Shown piece after piece: positions 28,946-37,955 of a stretch of DNA of 38,763 nt. Within the stretch, counting starts at the first letter, position 1; the number at the start of each line of letters is the position of its first letter. The notes under the pieces were generated by a model. That model saw only the letters and a list, made by a program, of their open reading frames with translations. It made no database searches and was not told where the DNA came from. The position numbers were made by a program, and so were the translations under genes. The stretch lies in sequence record SRR20825010_1094; one strand, 5' to 3'.

Positions 28946-29584
28946 ATGACCCAAAATGTTACTGTGGTGGACCATCCGCTGGTGCAGCACAAACTCACAC
29001 TGATGCGGCGCAAAGAGGCGAGCACAGCTGAGTTTAGAAAGCTTCTGCGTGAGATTGGCCTGTTTTTGGGCTATGAGGCGCTCAGGGATTTGCCGCTTGG
29101 CAAAATCCAGATCGACACGCCCATTTGCACAATGGAAGCCCCCGTACTTGCAGGCAAAAAGCTCACGTTTATCTCTGTGCTGCGGGCGGGTGATGGCCTT
29201 TTGGGGCCAATGCTTGACCTCGTGCCAAGTGCCCGGGTTGGCCAGATTGGCCTCGCACGTGATGAAGAAACGCTTCAACCCACAAAATATTTCTTTAAAG
29301 TACCAAACGATCTGACCGACCGGCTGAATGTGGTTCTTGACCCCATGCTCGCGACCGGTCATTCAGCTGTTCGGGCTGTGCAGGAAATCAAGGATGCGGG
29401 TGCTGTGGACATCAAGTTTGTCTGCCTGCTAGCCGCACCTGAAGGCATCAAAACCTTCACGGAAGCACACCCGGACGTGCCTGTTGTCACCGGCGCTATC
29501 GATGAGAGGCTGAATGAAAAAGCCTATATCGTGCCGGGCCTGGGCGACGCTGGCGACAGACTGTTTGGAACCAAAGGGGTTTAA
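28946..29584 (+). CDS. upp: Uracil phosphoribosyltransferase
   Basis: [45 protein letters not shown]. Confidence 0.97.
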   Translation: MTQNVTVVDHPLVQHKLTLMRRKEASTAEFRKLLREIGLFLGYEALRDLPLGKIQIDTPICTMEAPVLAGKKLTFISVLRAGDGLLGPMLDLVPSARVGQIGLARDEETLQPTKYFFKVPNDLTDRLNVVLDPMLATGHSAVRAVQEIKDAGAVDIKFVCLLAAPEGIKTFTEAHPDVPVVTGAIDERLNEKAYIVPGLGDAGDRLFGTKGV

Positions 29585-29589
29585 GAAGT

Positions 29590-30144
29590 ATGAGCGTTAC
29601 CAAAAAATATGTAACCGCGCAGGAATTGCTGGACGATTCGTTCCAGCTCGGCATCCAAATTCTCCAAAGTGATTTCCGGCCCAAGTTCATTGTCGGTGTC
29701 TGGCGTGGTGGCACACCAACCGGTATCGCTGTGCAGGAAATCATGGATTATTACGGTGTTCACACCGACCATATCGCCATCCGCACCTCAAGCTACATTG
29801 GCATGCAGCAGCAGAAAGAGGTGAAGGTTCACGGGCTTGAGTACATCATCAACAACATCAATGCGGAAGACAGCCTTCTCATTGTGGATGACGTGTTCGA
29901 CAGCGGCCGTTCGATTGACGCTATCGTCAATCACCTGAAGGCAAAATGCCGCCGCAACACGCCTGAGGTGATCAAGATCGCGACGGTGTTTTATAAACCA
30001 GAGCGCAATGTCACCAATCTGGTGCCGGACTTCTATTGCCATGAAACCGATGACTGGCTTGTGTTCCCACACGAACTTTCAGACATGACCAAAGAAGAAA
30101 TCAAGAACCATAAAGGCCTTGTTCTGCCTGAGATTGAAGTCTAA
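29590..30144 (+). CDS. Type I phosphoribosyltransferase, probably hypoxanthine/xanthine/guanine PRTase
   Basis: GVWRGG, PRPP loop LIVDDVFDSGRS, WLVFPHE; sits between upp and PNP. Confidence 0.8.
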   Translation: MSVTKKYVTAQELLDDSFQLGIQILQSDFRPKFIVGVWRGGTPTGIAVQEIMDYYGVHTDHIAIRTSSYIGMQQQKEVKVHGLEYIINNINAEDSLLIVDDVFDSGRSIDAIVNHLKAKCRRNTPEVIKIATVFYKPERNVTNLVPDFYCHETDDWLVFPHELSDMTKEEIKNHKGLVLPEIEV

Positions 30145-30183
30145 TCAAGCCTGCTGGAGTGGGGCGAGTATAGGGGATGAGTA

Positions 30184-31002
30184 ATGAGCTTTGAGGACGT
30201 GCAAACCTGCGCAGGTTTTATTCGCGAGCGTTTCACCGGCGACATGCCCAAATTGGCCATGGTGCTTGGCAGCGGGCTCAACAGCCTCGCAGATGCCATT
30301 GAGGACGCCACCGTATTTTCCTTCATCGACCTGCCCGGCTTCCCGAAGCCAACGGTAGAAGGCCACGCGGGCCGCATGCTGATCGGAAAACTGGGCGGCA
30401 AGCCCGTTATTTGTATGCAGGGCCGCGCGCATGCTTATGAAGGCCATTCGGAAGAAAAGGTCGGTTTTGCAACGCGCGTCCTGTGGGCCTTGGGCGTTGA
30501 AATTCTGGTGCTCACCAATGCGGCGGGTAGCCTGCGTACAGAAGTTGGCCCCGGCAGCCTGATGGCGATCACCGACCATATCAATTTCTCGGGCATCAAC
30601 CCGCTTGTGGGCGTGAACGACGACCGCTTCGGTCCCCGTTTCCCAGATGTCACCGAGGCCTGGAACAAGAAGCTCACCAAAAAGCTGCATAAGTGCGCCA
30701 CCAGCCTGAACATCGACCTGCATGACGGTGTTTATCTGATGGCCAAGGGGCCTAATTTTGAAACACCCGCGGAGATCCGTGCTTTCAAAGTTATGGGCGC
30801 GGACGCGGTCGGCATGTCCACCGTGCCGGAATGCCTTGTGGCCAAACATGGCGGCATGAAGGTTGTGGGCATCAGCTCCATCACCAATCTGGCTGCTGGC
30901 ATGCAGGCGGAACTTACTCACCATGAGACCATGGAATACGGCGCCATCGCTGCGGTAAATCTTGAGAAACTGCTTCGCGCCTTTGTGGAAGAAGTGCTCT
31001 GA
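30184..31002 (+). CDS. punA: Purine nucleoside phosphorylase, trimeric (PunA/XapA) type
   Basis: LGSGL, GHAG, QGRAHAYEG, TNAAG, GPNFETPAE, VGMSTVPE, ITN. Confidence 0.92.
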   Translation: MSFEDVQTCAGFIRERFTGDMPKLAMVLGSGLNSLADAIEDATVFSFIDLPGFPKPTVEGHAGRMLIGKLGGKPVICMQGRAHAYEGHSEEKVGFATRVLWALGVEILVLTNAAGSLRTEVGPGSLMAITDHINFSGINPLVGVNDDRFGPRFPDVTEAWNKKLTKKLHKCATSLNIDLHDGVYLMAKGPNFETPAEIRAFKVMGADAVGMSTVPECLVAKHGGMKVVGISSITNLAAGMQAELTHHETMEYGAIAAVNLEKLLRAFVEEVL

Positions 31003-31033
31003 AGCTTCCTATTCTACGACCCGAGCAGAATTG

Positions 31034-31061
31034 GCCCGAACATTAGTTCGGGCTTTTTTTT
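31034..31061 (+). terminator. Intrinsic terminator of upp-PRT-PNP operon
   Basis: GCCCGAAC-ATTA-GTTCGGGC followed by 8 T. Confidence 0.9.
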
Positions 31062-31100
31062 ATCCAATTTGAGCTGGAAAGCCGTGCTGAGCACAAACAA

Positions 31101-31130
31101 TAAAAAGGCCTGAACCGAGTTCAGGCCTTT
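31101..31130 (-). terminator. Intrinsic terminator of deoC-ALDH (possibly bidirectional)
   Basis: AAAGGCCTGAAC-CGA-GTTCAGGCCTTT perfect 12-bp stem with A/T flanks. Confidence 0.85.
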
Positions 31131-31172
31131 GTTATATTTTGGATCTAAAGCCCCATACCTATTGGTGTTTGA

Positions 31173-33581
31173 TCAGTAGGATTTGCCGCCTTCATTGGCG
31201 TCGCCGTAGGGCACCCAGATGTTTTTCACGTCCGTTGCCCGGCCCATCATGGCGCGGGCCGACATCTGCTCAGGGCTGGTGAAATCATAGGCTTTGCCAT
31301 AGCTCAGCCACGCCCGCTTCATGTTGTCTGCCGTCGCTTCTTCAACGGCTTTTGAGCCCTCGCGGCTACCGAAATACCAGATACCGTCCACGCCATAGTG
31401 TTTGGCCAGCGGCATTGCCATCTCATCGCGTTTACCGGTAACGATATTGACCACGCCACCCGGCAGGTCTGAGGTTTCAAGGATCTGGTAAAAATCTGTC
31501 GCCAGCAGCGGATAGCGCTCTGACGGCACGATCACCGATGTGTTGCCAGCCGCAACCGCGTACGCCATCAGCGTTACAAACCCGAGAAGCGGGCTTTCAT
31601 CGGGGCATATAATGCCAAGTGTGCCAATAGCCTCATTCATCGCCAGCGCCACACCGCGCATGGGCGGGCTATGCACCGCACCGTCATGCTTATCGGCAAT
31701 CGCGGCGGCTGAGAACAAACGTTCGACTGAAAGCTCAACCTCACGCACCGCAGCTTTCTCCGTGGCGCCGGTCAGGCTCATCAGCTTCTCGGTAAATTCG
31801 TCAGCGCGGTAACTCAGGTTCTCTGCGATATAATAGAGGATCTGGGCTTTAAGATGTGCCGTTGTGCCAGCCCAACCAACCGCTTTTGTCGCTGCCTCAA
31901 CCGCATTGCGAATATCCTTGTAGTTACCCTCGCCCACGAGGCTAACAAGGTTGCCCTTCTTGTCGACCACAGCTTTGCTGTCGCCGCCGTCTGGTCGCGC
32001 CTGCTTGCCGCCAATATACATTTTGGCGGTACGGTCCAGCCCCGGCATACCGGTGCCTGCTTTTGGCATCGCCGCCACTTCCGGGGCCGCAATCGGCGCC
32101 CAATCCCTAAGGGCAGCTTCATATTTTGGCTTGAGGTATGCGAGCATGCCTTCACGGCCACCTTCGCGGCCAAAACCACTTTCACGGTAACCACCAAACC
32201 CAACGGCCGCATCAAACATGTTGGTGCCGTTGATCCACACCACACCGGCCTTGAGCGCTGGCGCCACTTCAAGCGCACGGTTCAGGTTCTCAGACCACAC
32301 GGTCGCCGCGAGGCCATAACGGGTGTTATTACCAAGCGCCACCGCTTCCGCCTGTGTGCGGAAGGTGATAGCCGTCAGCACCGGCCCAAACACTTCTTCT
32401 TTGAAGAGTATGTTGTCTGTGCCCACATCGGTCACTAGGGTTGGCGGGTAGAACACACCCTCGCCCGGCATGGCGCACGGTGCCTGCCAGATGGTGGCCC
32501 CTTCGCTTTCGCCCAAACGCACAAGGCTTTCAATGCGGTCCTTCTGTTCTTGGTCAACCACCGCGCCAATATCGATGCATTTATCCAGGCTATGCCCGAC
32601 GCGCAGCGCCGCCATGCGGTGCTTCAGCTTTTCGAAAAAGCGGTCCGCAATGCCTTCCTGCACCAGAAGGCGGGAGCCCGCACAGCATACCTGCCCCTGA
32701 TTGAACCAGATAGCATCAACCAAGCCTTCAATCGCACCGTCGATATCCGCATCCTCAAACACAATGTATGGCGACTTGCCTCCAAGCTCGAGGGTGAGTT
32801 TTTTGCCTGACCCCGCAATTGCACGGCGAATGATCTTGCCAACGTCGGTGGAGCCAGTGAAGGCGATCTTGTCGACATCTGAGTTAACAAGCATCGCGCC
32901 AGTGTCACCCTCGCCGGTAATGATATTCACCACACCTTTAGGCAGGCCCGCCTCCACACACAGTTCCGCGAACTTGAGCGCCGTGAGTGATGTGAACTCA
33001 GCTGGTTTCATCACCACTGTGTTGCCTGCGGCCAAAGCCGGTGCAATTTTCCAAGCGAGCATCAGAAGCGGGAAGTTCCAAGGGATCACCTGCCCGGCAA
33101 CACCAATCGCTTCATGGCTTGGAAACTCTTCATTTATCAACTGCGCCCAGCCGGCGTGGTGATAGAAGTGACGCGCGACCAAGGGGATATCGATATCCCG
33201 GCTTTCACGGATCGGCTTGCCGTTATCAAGGCTCTCAAGCACAGAGAGCACCCGGCTGTGCTTCTGTACCAGCCGCGCCAAAGCATAAAGATAACGTGCA
33301 CGACCGTGCCCACCGAGAAGCGCCCAGCGCCCCTGCGCCTTGCGGGCAGCAGCAACGGCGGCATCAACGTCGTCCTGCCCTGCGGCAGTGATATCAGCGA
33401 GCTTTTCGCCTGTTGCCGGGCTATAGGTCGCAAATGTTTTGGCATCCTTTGGTTTTACCCATTCGCCGTCGATAAACAGGCCAAAGCTGTGCCCATTGGC
33501 CTCAAGCCATGCGTCAACATTTTTACGGCTTTCCGGTGCAGGGCTATAGTCCATGCTCTCAAAACTTTCTTTGATTGTCAT
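31173..33581 (-). CDS. Aldehyde dehydrogenase with extra C-terminal non-catalytic Rossmann-like domain (ALDH16-type)
   Basis: N-part has IPWNFP, FTGST, LELGGKS, catalytic GQVCCAG, EEVFGP; after a Pro/Ala linker a second degenerate copy (MYIGGKQ..., LPGGVVNIVTG, WYFGS) lacks the catalytic domain. Confidence 0.88.
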   Translation of the reverse strand: MTIKESFESMDYSPAPESRKNVDAWLEANGHSFGLFIDGEWVKPKDAKTFATYSPATGEKLADITAAGQDDVDAAVAAARKAQGRWALLGGHGRARYLYALARLVQKHSRVLSVLESLDNGKPIRESRDIDIPLVARHFYHHAGWAQLINEEFPSHEAIGVAGQVIPWNFPLLMLAWKIAPALAAGNTVVMKPAEFTSLTALKFAELCVEAGLPKGVVNIITGEGDTGAMLVNSDVDKIAFTGSTDVGKIIRRAIAGSGKKLTLELGGKSPYIVFEDADIDGAIEGLVDAIWFNQGQVCCAGSRLLVQEGIADRFFEKLKHRMAALRVGHSLDKCIDIGAVVDQEQKDRIESLVRLGESEGATIWQAPCAMPGEGVFYPPTLVTDVGTDNILFKEEVFGPVLTAITFRTQAEAVALGNNTRYGLAATVWSENLNRALEVAPALKAGVVWINGTNMFDAAVGFGGYRESGFGREGGREGMLAYLKPKYEAALRDWAPIAAPEVAAMPKAGTGMPGLDRTAKMYIGGKQARPDGGDSKAVVDKKGNLVSLVGEGNYKDIRNAVEAATKAVGWAGTTAHLKAQILYYIAENLSYRADEFTEKLMSLTGATEKAAVREVELSVERLFSAAAIADKHDGAVHSPPMRGVALAMNEAIGTLGIICPDESPLLGFVTLMAYAVAAGNTSVIVPSERYPLLATDFYQILETSDLPGGVVNIVTGKRDEMAMPLAKHYGVDGIWYFGSREGSKAVEEATADNMKRAWLSYGKAYDFTSPEQMSARAMMGRATDVKNIWVPYGDANEGGKSY

Positions 33582-33592
33582 CTGGCCCTCCC

Positions 33593-34564
33593 TTAGCCCA
33601 TTGGATGGCGGTAACCCGCCGAGTAGCCGCCAAAGGCATGATATTCTAACTGCCGCTCAAGATCGCCCAAGAGGCTTGATGCCCCGAAGCGGAACAGCTC
33701 CGGTTCAAGCCACGCGCGGCCAAGTTCTTCTTTCACCAATGTGAGATAAGTAACCGCATCTTTCGCGGTTTTAATGCCGCCTGCAGGTTTGTAGCCAACC
33801 TTGATACCGGTACGGTCATAAAAGTCACGGATCTGACGCATCATCACAAGGCTTACAGGAAGGGTCGCGTTCACGCCTTCCATGCCGGTGGATGTCTTGA
33901 TGAAGTCTGAGCCTGCCATCATGGCAACCATGGATGCTTTGGCGACCTGATTGAGACTGCCGTGCTCCCCTGTCGCCAAAATGGTCTTCATGTGGGCCGA
34001 GCCGCAGGCTGCCTTAAAGGCTTTCACTTCGTCGTACAGCGCTTCCCAGTTTCCTGTGAGCACGTTGGAGCGGGTTACAACAATGTCGATCTCCCGAGCC
34101 CCTGCTTCAACGGAGCGTCGAATTTCCTCGAGCTTGGTCTCAAGCGGCGCAAGTCCCGCCGGAAAACCTGTGGACACAGCGGCGATCGGTACACTGGACC
34201 CCTTGAGCACCTTCGCCGCATCGGCCACCATGGCGTGGTACACACATACGGCACCGGTGGTAAGGCCCATATCAGCCATGCCAAATACATCAAGGATATC
34301 ACGCCGGACCGGGCTCATGGCCTTCTGGCACAGGCGCTTCACACGGCCTGCCGTGTCGTCGCCTGCCAGCGTCGTCAAATCGATGCAGCTGATTGCCTTT
34401 AGCATGAACGCAATCTGAGCATCTTTTTTGACAGACCGGCGGGTGGCGATGGTGCCGGTGCGGCGCTCCACCGCGCTTTTATTGACACGGATGCTGTCCA
34501 GCCAATCGGCGTGGAAGCTTGTGCCCTGATTAACACAGGTCTCAGGTCTCGTCGCAGAAGTCAT
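33593..34564 (-). CDS. deoC: Deoxyribose-phosphate aldolase (long, eukaryote-DERA-like form)
   Basis: IDLTTLAGDDT, AVCVY, GFPAG, EIDIV, DFIKTSTG, GYKPAGGI, FRFGASSLL; about 55-aa N-terminal extension. Confidence 0.96.
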   Translation of the reverse strand: MTSATRPETCVNQGTSFHADWLDSIRVNKSAVERRTGTIATRRSVKKDAQIAFMLKAISCIDLTTLAGDDTAGRVKRLCQKAMSPVRRDILDVFGMADMGLTTGAVCVYHAMVADAAKVLKGSSVPIAAVSTGFPAGLAPLETKLEEIRRSVEAGAREIDIVVTRSNVLTGNWEALYDEVKAFKAACGSAHMKTILATGEHGSLNQVAKASMVAMMAGSDFIKTSTGMEGVNATLPVSLVMMRQIRDFYDRTGIKVGYKPAGGIKTAKDAVTYLTLVKEELGRAWLEPELFRFGASSLLGDLERQLEYHAFGGYSAGYRHPMG

Positions 34565-34608
34565 CGTCTGTCCCGGTATTGATTAAACTCGTGACTAAAA
34601 GCCAGTTC

Positions 34609-34624
34609 CTGACTGTAAGGTCAA
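34609..34624. promoter_or_regulatory. RutR-like box upstream of deoC
   Basis: CTGACTGTAAGGTCAA, overlapping the stop codon of the upstream permease; its minus-strand start TTGACC is also a -35-like hexamer. Confidence 0.65.
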
Positions 34625-36240
34625 GAATTTGTTTTGGCTGGTTCCTCGTTTTTCAAGAAGCCTGCTGCATATAACATCAGGCCCGCAATGAGATAACCCG
34701 CTGCCAGTCGGTGTGCCAACACTTCAGCGCCACCAAGGCTTGGGATTGCCCATGGCAGGTACATCTCGGACGTGGGCATGACCGAATGGATAATACCAAA
34801 TTCAGTGCACAGGGCGGCAGCAAAAGCCGCGCAGGCCGCGCGGGTCATCTTGCGGTCAATGATCCAAACAATCATCGCCCCCCAGATGAGGCTTGTGAGG
34901 ATATAGCCCCGCGCCATCGCACCCAGCAGCATATAGCCCGCAAGCCATTCTTGCGTGAGAAGCCCGTCCGCCACATTCACGACCCTACCGTACAAGTCTG
35001 ACACTTTTGTGTGCGCATAATTAAGGATGGCGGGAACAGTTGCGAATAGCAGCGCCGGTGCATGCCGCGCATCACCACCCGCAAACGCAAGGCGCAGGAT
35101 ATCGCTTGCTACCACCACCAAAATCGGCTTCAGCACCGCTTCGGGGATCAACTGTGAAGCCAGCTCAATAATGCCGAGAAAACCGATTACAGTGACAACC
35201 GCAGTTGCGCCCAGAGCATACCCCGTGCGCGCACCCATGCGCTTGTAGGTGGCGTGGCCAAAATAGGGTGTGGTTTGCACAACACCGCCAAAAAGCGCGC
35301 TCACGGCTGTCGCCGCCGCATCAAGCCGCACTACTTTACCGGCGTCAAACTCATCGCCCGCAATGCGTGCACCCGCCACCACATTCACCGCGCTTGCAGC
35401 GATAAGAAGAGCGAACGGCAGAATAATACCAAGCTGATTGGTCACATCACCAAACACTGCCAGATAGCCTTCAATGGTCGGCATCGGCAACACGGGGCGG
35501 AAATCCACCGCAACGTTGATCACATAACCTTCGCCCGCGCCCGCAAATGCCAGCACATAATAAAGGATAGTGCCCGCCACAATCGCGAGGATCGAGCCCG
35601 GCATGTTAAAGGGCAACCGGTGGCCTGCGATCAGCGCAAACGCCATGATCACGAGCGATACAATGCCCACTTCCGGCAGGGAGAAGATGCCGTATATGGC
35701 CTCAGCCCCTAGCCACACGGTTGCGATACCCGCCATAGCGCCCACAAGCGCCATTTGCGGCAATTGCTGCTGCATAGCTCGGCCAAAGTAGGAAAGCCCG
35801 AACTTGATAGCTGCCATCCATACGGTTGCCGCCATGCCCAAAATCCAGGCTTTATCGGCCGCAGCTTCAACGCCCATGGCGTCCACATTCATGGCATAGG
35901 CTGGACCAATGATGAAGAAGCACATGCCAAAGAGCGTGGGCAAATCCATACCCAGTGGAATGCTGGTAAGCTTCTGGTTGCCTGTTTCCTCAACCGTTTT
36001 TTTGGTAAGCCAGGCAAACACAAGGTTGCCGAAAATGATACCAACGATAGCGCCCGGAATAATACGGGAGAAGATATGTTCCGCCGGGAAACTGAACGCG
36101 CCCATCAGCACGCTCGCCAGCACAAACATATTTACCGTTACGTCCAGAAAAAAAGCAACGCCCGCATTCAGGTCCGCTGAAAACTGTGATGGTGGCGGCG
36201 CGACCCCGCCCAGCGAACCCGTGTTGTTACTATCGGCCAT
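34621..36240 (-). CDS. Nucleobase permease (NCS2/AzgA-like xanthine/uracil permease family)
   Basis: About 14 hydrophobic segments; TSIPLGMDLP, TTPYFGHATYKRMGARTGY, GYILTSLIWGA; nucleoside-locus context. Confidence 0.7.
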   Translation of the reverse strand: MADSNNTGSLGGVAPPPSQFSADLNAGVAFFLDVTVNMFVLASVLMGAFSFPAEHIFSRIIPGAIVGIIFGNLVFAWLTKKTVEETGNQKLTSIPLGMDLPTLFGMCFFIIGPAYAMNVDAMGVEAAADKAWILGMAATVWMAAIKFGLSYFGRAMQQQLPQMALVGAMAGIATVWLGAEAIYGIFSLPEVGIVSLVIMAFALIAGHRLPFNMPGSILAIVAGTILYYVLAFAGAGEGYVINVAVDFRPVLPMPTIEGYLAVFGDVTNQLGIILPFALLIAASAVNVVAGARIAGDEFDAGKVVRLDAAATAVSALFGGVVQTTPYFGHATYKRMGARTGYALGATAVVTVIGFLGIIELASQLIPEAVLKPILVVVASDILRLAFAGGDARHAPALLFATVPAILNYAHTKVSDLYGRVVNVADGLLTQEWLAGYMLLGAMARGYILTSLIWGAMIVWIIDRKMTRAACAAFAAALCTEFGIIHSVMPTSEMYLPWAIPSLGGAEVLAHRLAAGYLIAGLMLYAAGFLKNEEPAKTNS

Positions 36241-36305
36241 TTTGTCCCCTAACTTCCATTTTTACGCATACCGCCCCCCGCGGCACGAGCATGTGTTCGT
36301 TTGTA

Positions 36306-37856
36306 TTAGTTGAATGATGTGCGCTTGCGAACCGGAATGCGCATGCTGTCCTCGAAGGTGCGGAACCGCTCCTCCAGTTTCCATTGCATGCGCGCTTTTT
36401 CACTCTCGTTCAGCAGGGCCTGACACTCAGCGCCAGGATCTTGCCCTCTATCCACATCACGTGAGCACGCTTCACTGCCCCACAGGCTACTACCCGGCAG
36501 GAAGCTATAGGTTAGCGCGTTGCGTGAGGTGTGGCGAAGCTCAAAATACGGCACATCATATTCCGTATAGAACCGCATATATTCGTGTGTCAGATCGATG
36601 CGTGACACGCCCTCGTCATCGGTTGAAAGCGCATAAGGCACCAGCATATCGCGGTAAAGCGCGAGCGGATGTTCGGTGCCTGAAACACCAAGAATTGTGT
36701 CATTGCTGGTGAGGTTGATCTCAACCATGATCTCGTTTTCGACCATATGTTTGATCAGGCCTTCCATGTCCCACTCATAAACCACAGCAATACCGTGGCC
36801 AATGCGTTTGGCGTGGCCGATCTCAATGGCTTCACGCATATGGAAGGTAAGCTGATGAGGCCGCACAAGGCCAAGCGTCAGTTCACCCGCATGCAGCGCC
36901 ACATTGCGCGGGCCCAAATTATTATAGAGATGGTCGATCATGCGCATATGCAGCGTGTAATCACGCAGCGCACGGAAGCCATCCTCTGGCGCCACAAGGT
37001 TCATGCCCACCATCTTCGGCTCGTCCGCCATCAGTTGCCAGCCAAGGATAAACTGGCCAAACACCATGGCCGGGTCAAACTCGCGCACCACCTGATGCAA
37101 GAGGCGAATTTCAACATCACACCCGGCATCAGGCGTATCGGAGCCACAGCCAAGAAGCTTGTTTTTTTTGGCATAGGCCGCGGCAATCTGCTTGCGAGCA
37201 GATGCCACCAGTTCCGGCATCTGTTGCCCGAACTTGCCTTTCATCAAAGCCTGATAATCTCCATTCAAATCGCCAGACAATTTCACATTGCCCAGAAGCG
37301 GAAACAGCTCAGGAAAGATGATGGTTTCCATCAGTTCTAGGTACAGAATGTTCTGCCGCCCCGCCCTGCGCGCCACTTCAGCAAGCTGGTCACCAAGCCG
37401 CTTGGGCGATGCTGCAATACGGGGAAAGGTGGCAAAAAAATCATTATGGCCAGACCAGTTGAGCGTCGGCACATAGGAACGGTTCGAAAGCGAGTTGATG
37501 ATCTCCCTGCGGTGATCCTCATCCATGCGCGCTTCTTCCGCTGTCAACCAACCGCTGGCGGCGCATGTCTCTGCCGCTTTAAACTTGAGGGCTGGCACGC
37601 TCATGTCTGCGCAAAGACCATCTTCTGCGGCCCAATCGAGCCACGATTCGGCATATACAGCGCCGCGTAGGTGGTTGTGCAGGTCACCCCCCTTGGGGAA
37701 GCTTTCCATCATGGGGCGCAGGCGGCCATTTTCAGCCGACCAGGCGAGCACATCACCTGCCGTACGAGCCTTCAGGGCGCGCAAATCATCGGCCTCGGCT
37801 GACGGTCGGCACAGAAGCGCCACCACCAAAAGCAAGGTAAAACCGATGGTCCGCAT
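36306..37856 (-). CDS. Adenosine deaminase family protein with Sec signal peptide (ADA2/ADGF-like size)
   Basis: ATG 37856 after SD GAGGAG gives signal MRTIGFTLLLVVALLCRPSAEA; PKGGDLHNHL, ALHAGE, RIGHG, STDDEG. Confidence 0.87.
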   Translation of the reverse strand: MRTIGFTLLLVVALLCRPSAEADDLRALKARTAGDVLAWSAENGRLRPMMESFPKGGDLHNHLRGAVYAESWLDWAAEDGLCADMSVPALKFKAAETCAASGWLTAEEARMDEDHRREIINSLSNRSYVPTLNWSGHNDFFATFPRIAASPKRLGDQLAEVARRAGRQNILYLELMETIIFPELFPLLGNVKLSGDLNGDYQALMKGKFGQQMPELVASARKQIAAAYAKKNKLLGCGSDTPDAGCDVEIRLLHQVVREFDPAMVFGQFILGWQLMADEPKMVGMNLVAPEDGFRALRDYTLHMRMIDHLYNNLGPRNVALHAGELTLGLVRPHQLTFHMREAIEIGHAKRIGHGIAVVYEWDMEGLIKHMVENEIMVEINLTSNDTILGVSGTEHPLALYRDMLVPYALSTDDEGVSRIDLTHEYMRFYTEYDVPYFELRHTSRNALTYSFLPGSSLWGSEACSRDVDRGQDPGAECQALLNESEKARMQWKLEERFRTFEDSMRIPVRKRTSFN

Positions 37857-37955
37857 ATTTTCCTCCCTCAAGGCTTGCCGAAGCCAGACGAACTGCCTAG
37901 GCTCGCGTCACACCATATCCCAACATTCGGGCAAAGAACATAAGACAGATCGCGC

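Noticed and set aside
30145-30924. 259-aa minus-strand ORF, and similar ORFs opposite feoB, puuB-like and ALDH genes
   Set aside because: Lie wholly or almost wholly opposite well-supported genes and have no independent coding evidence.
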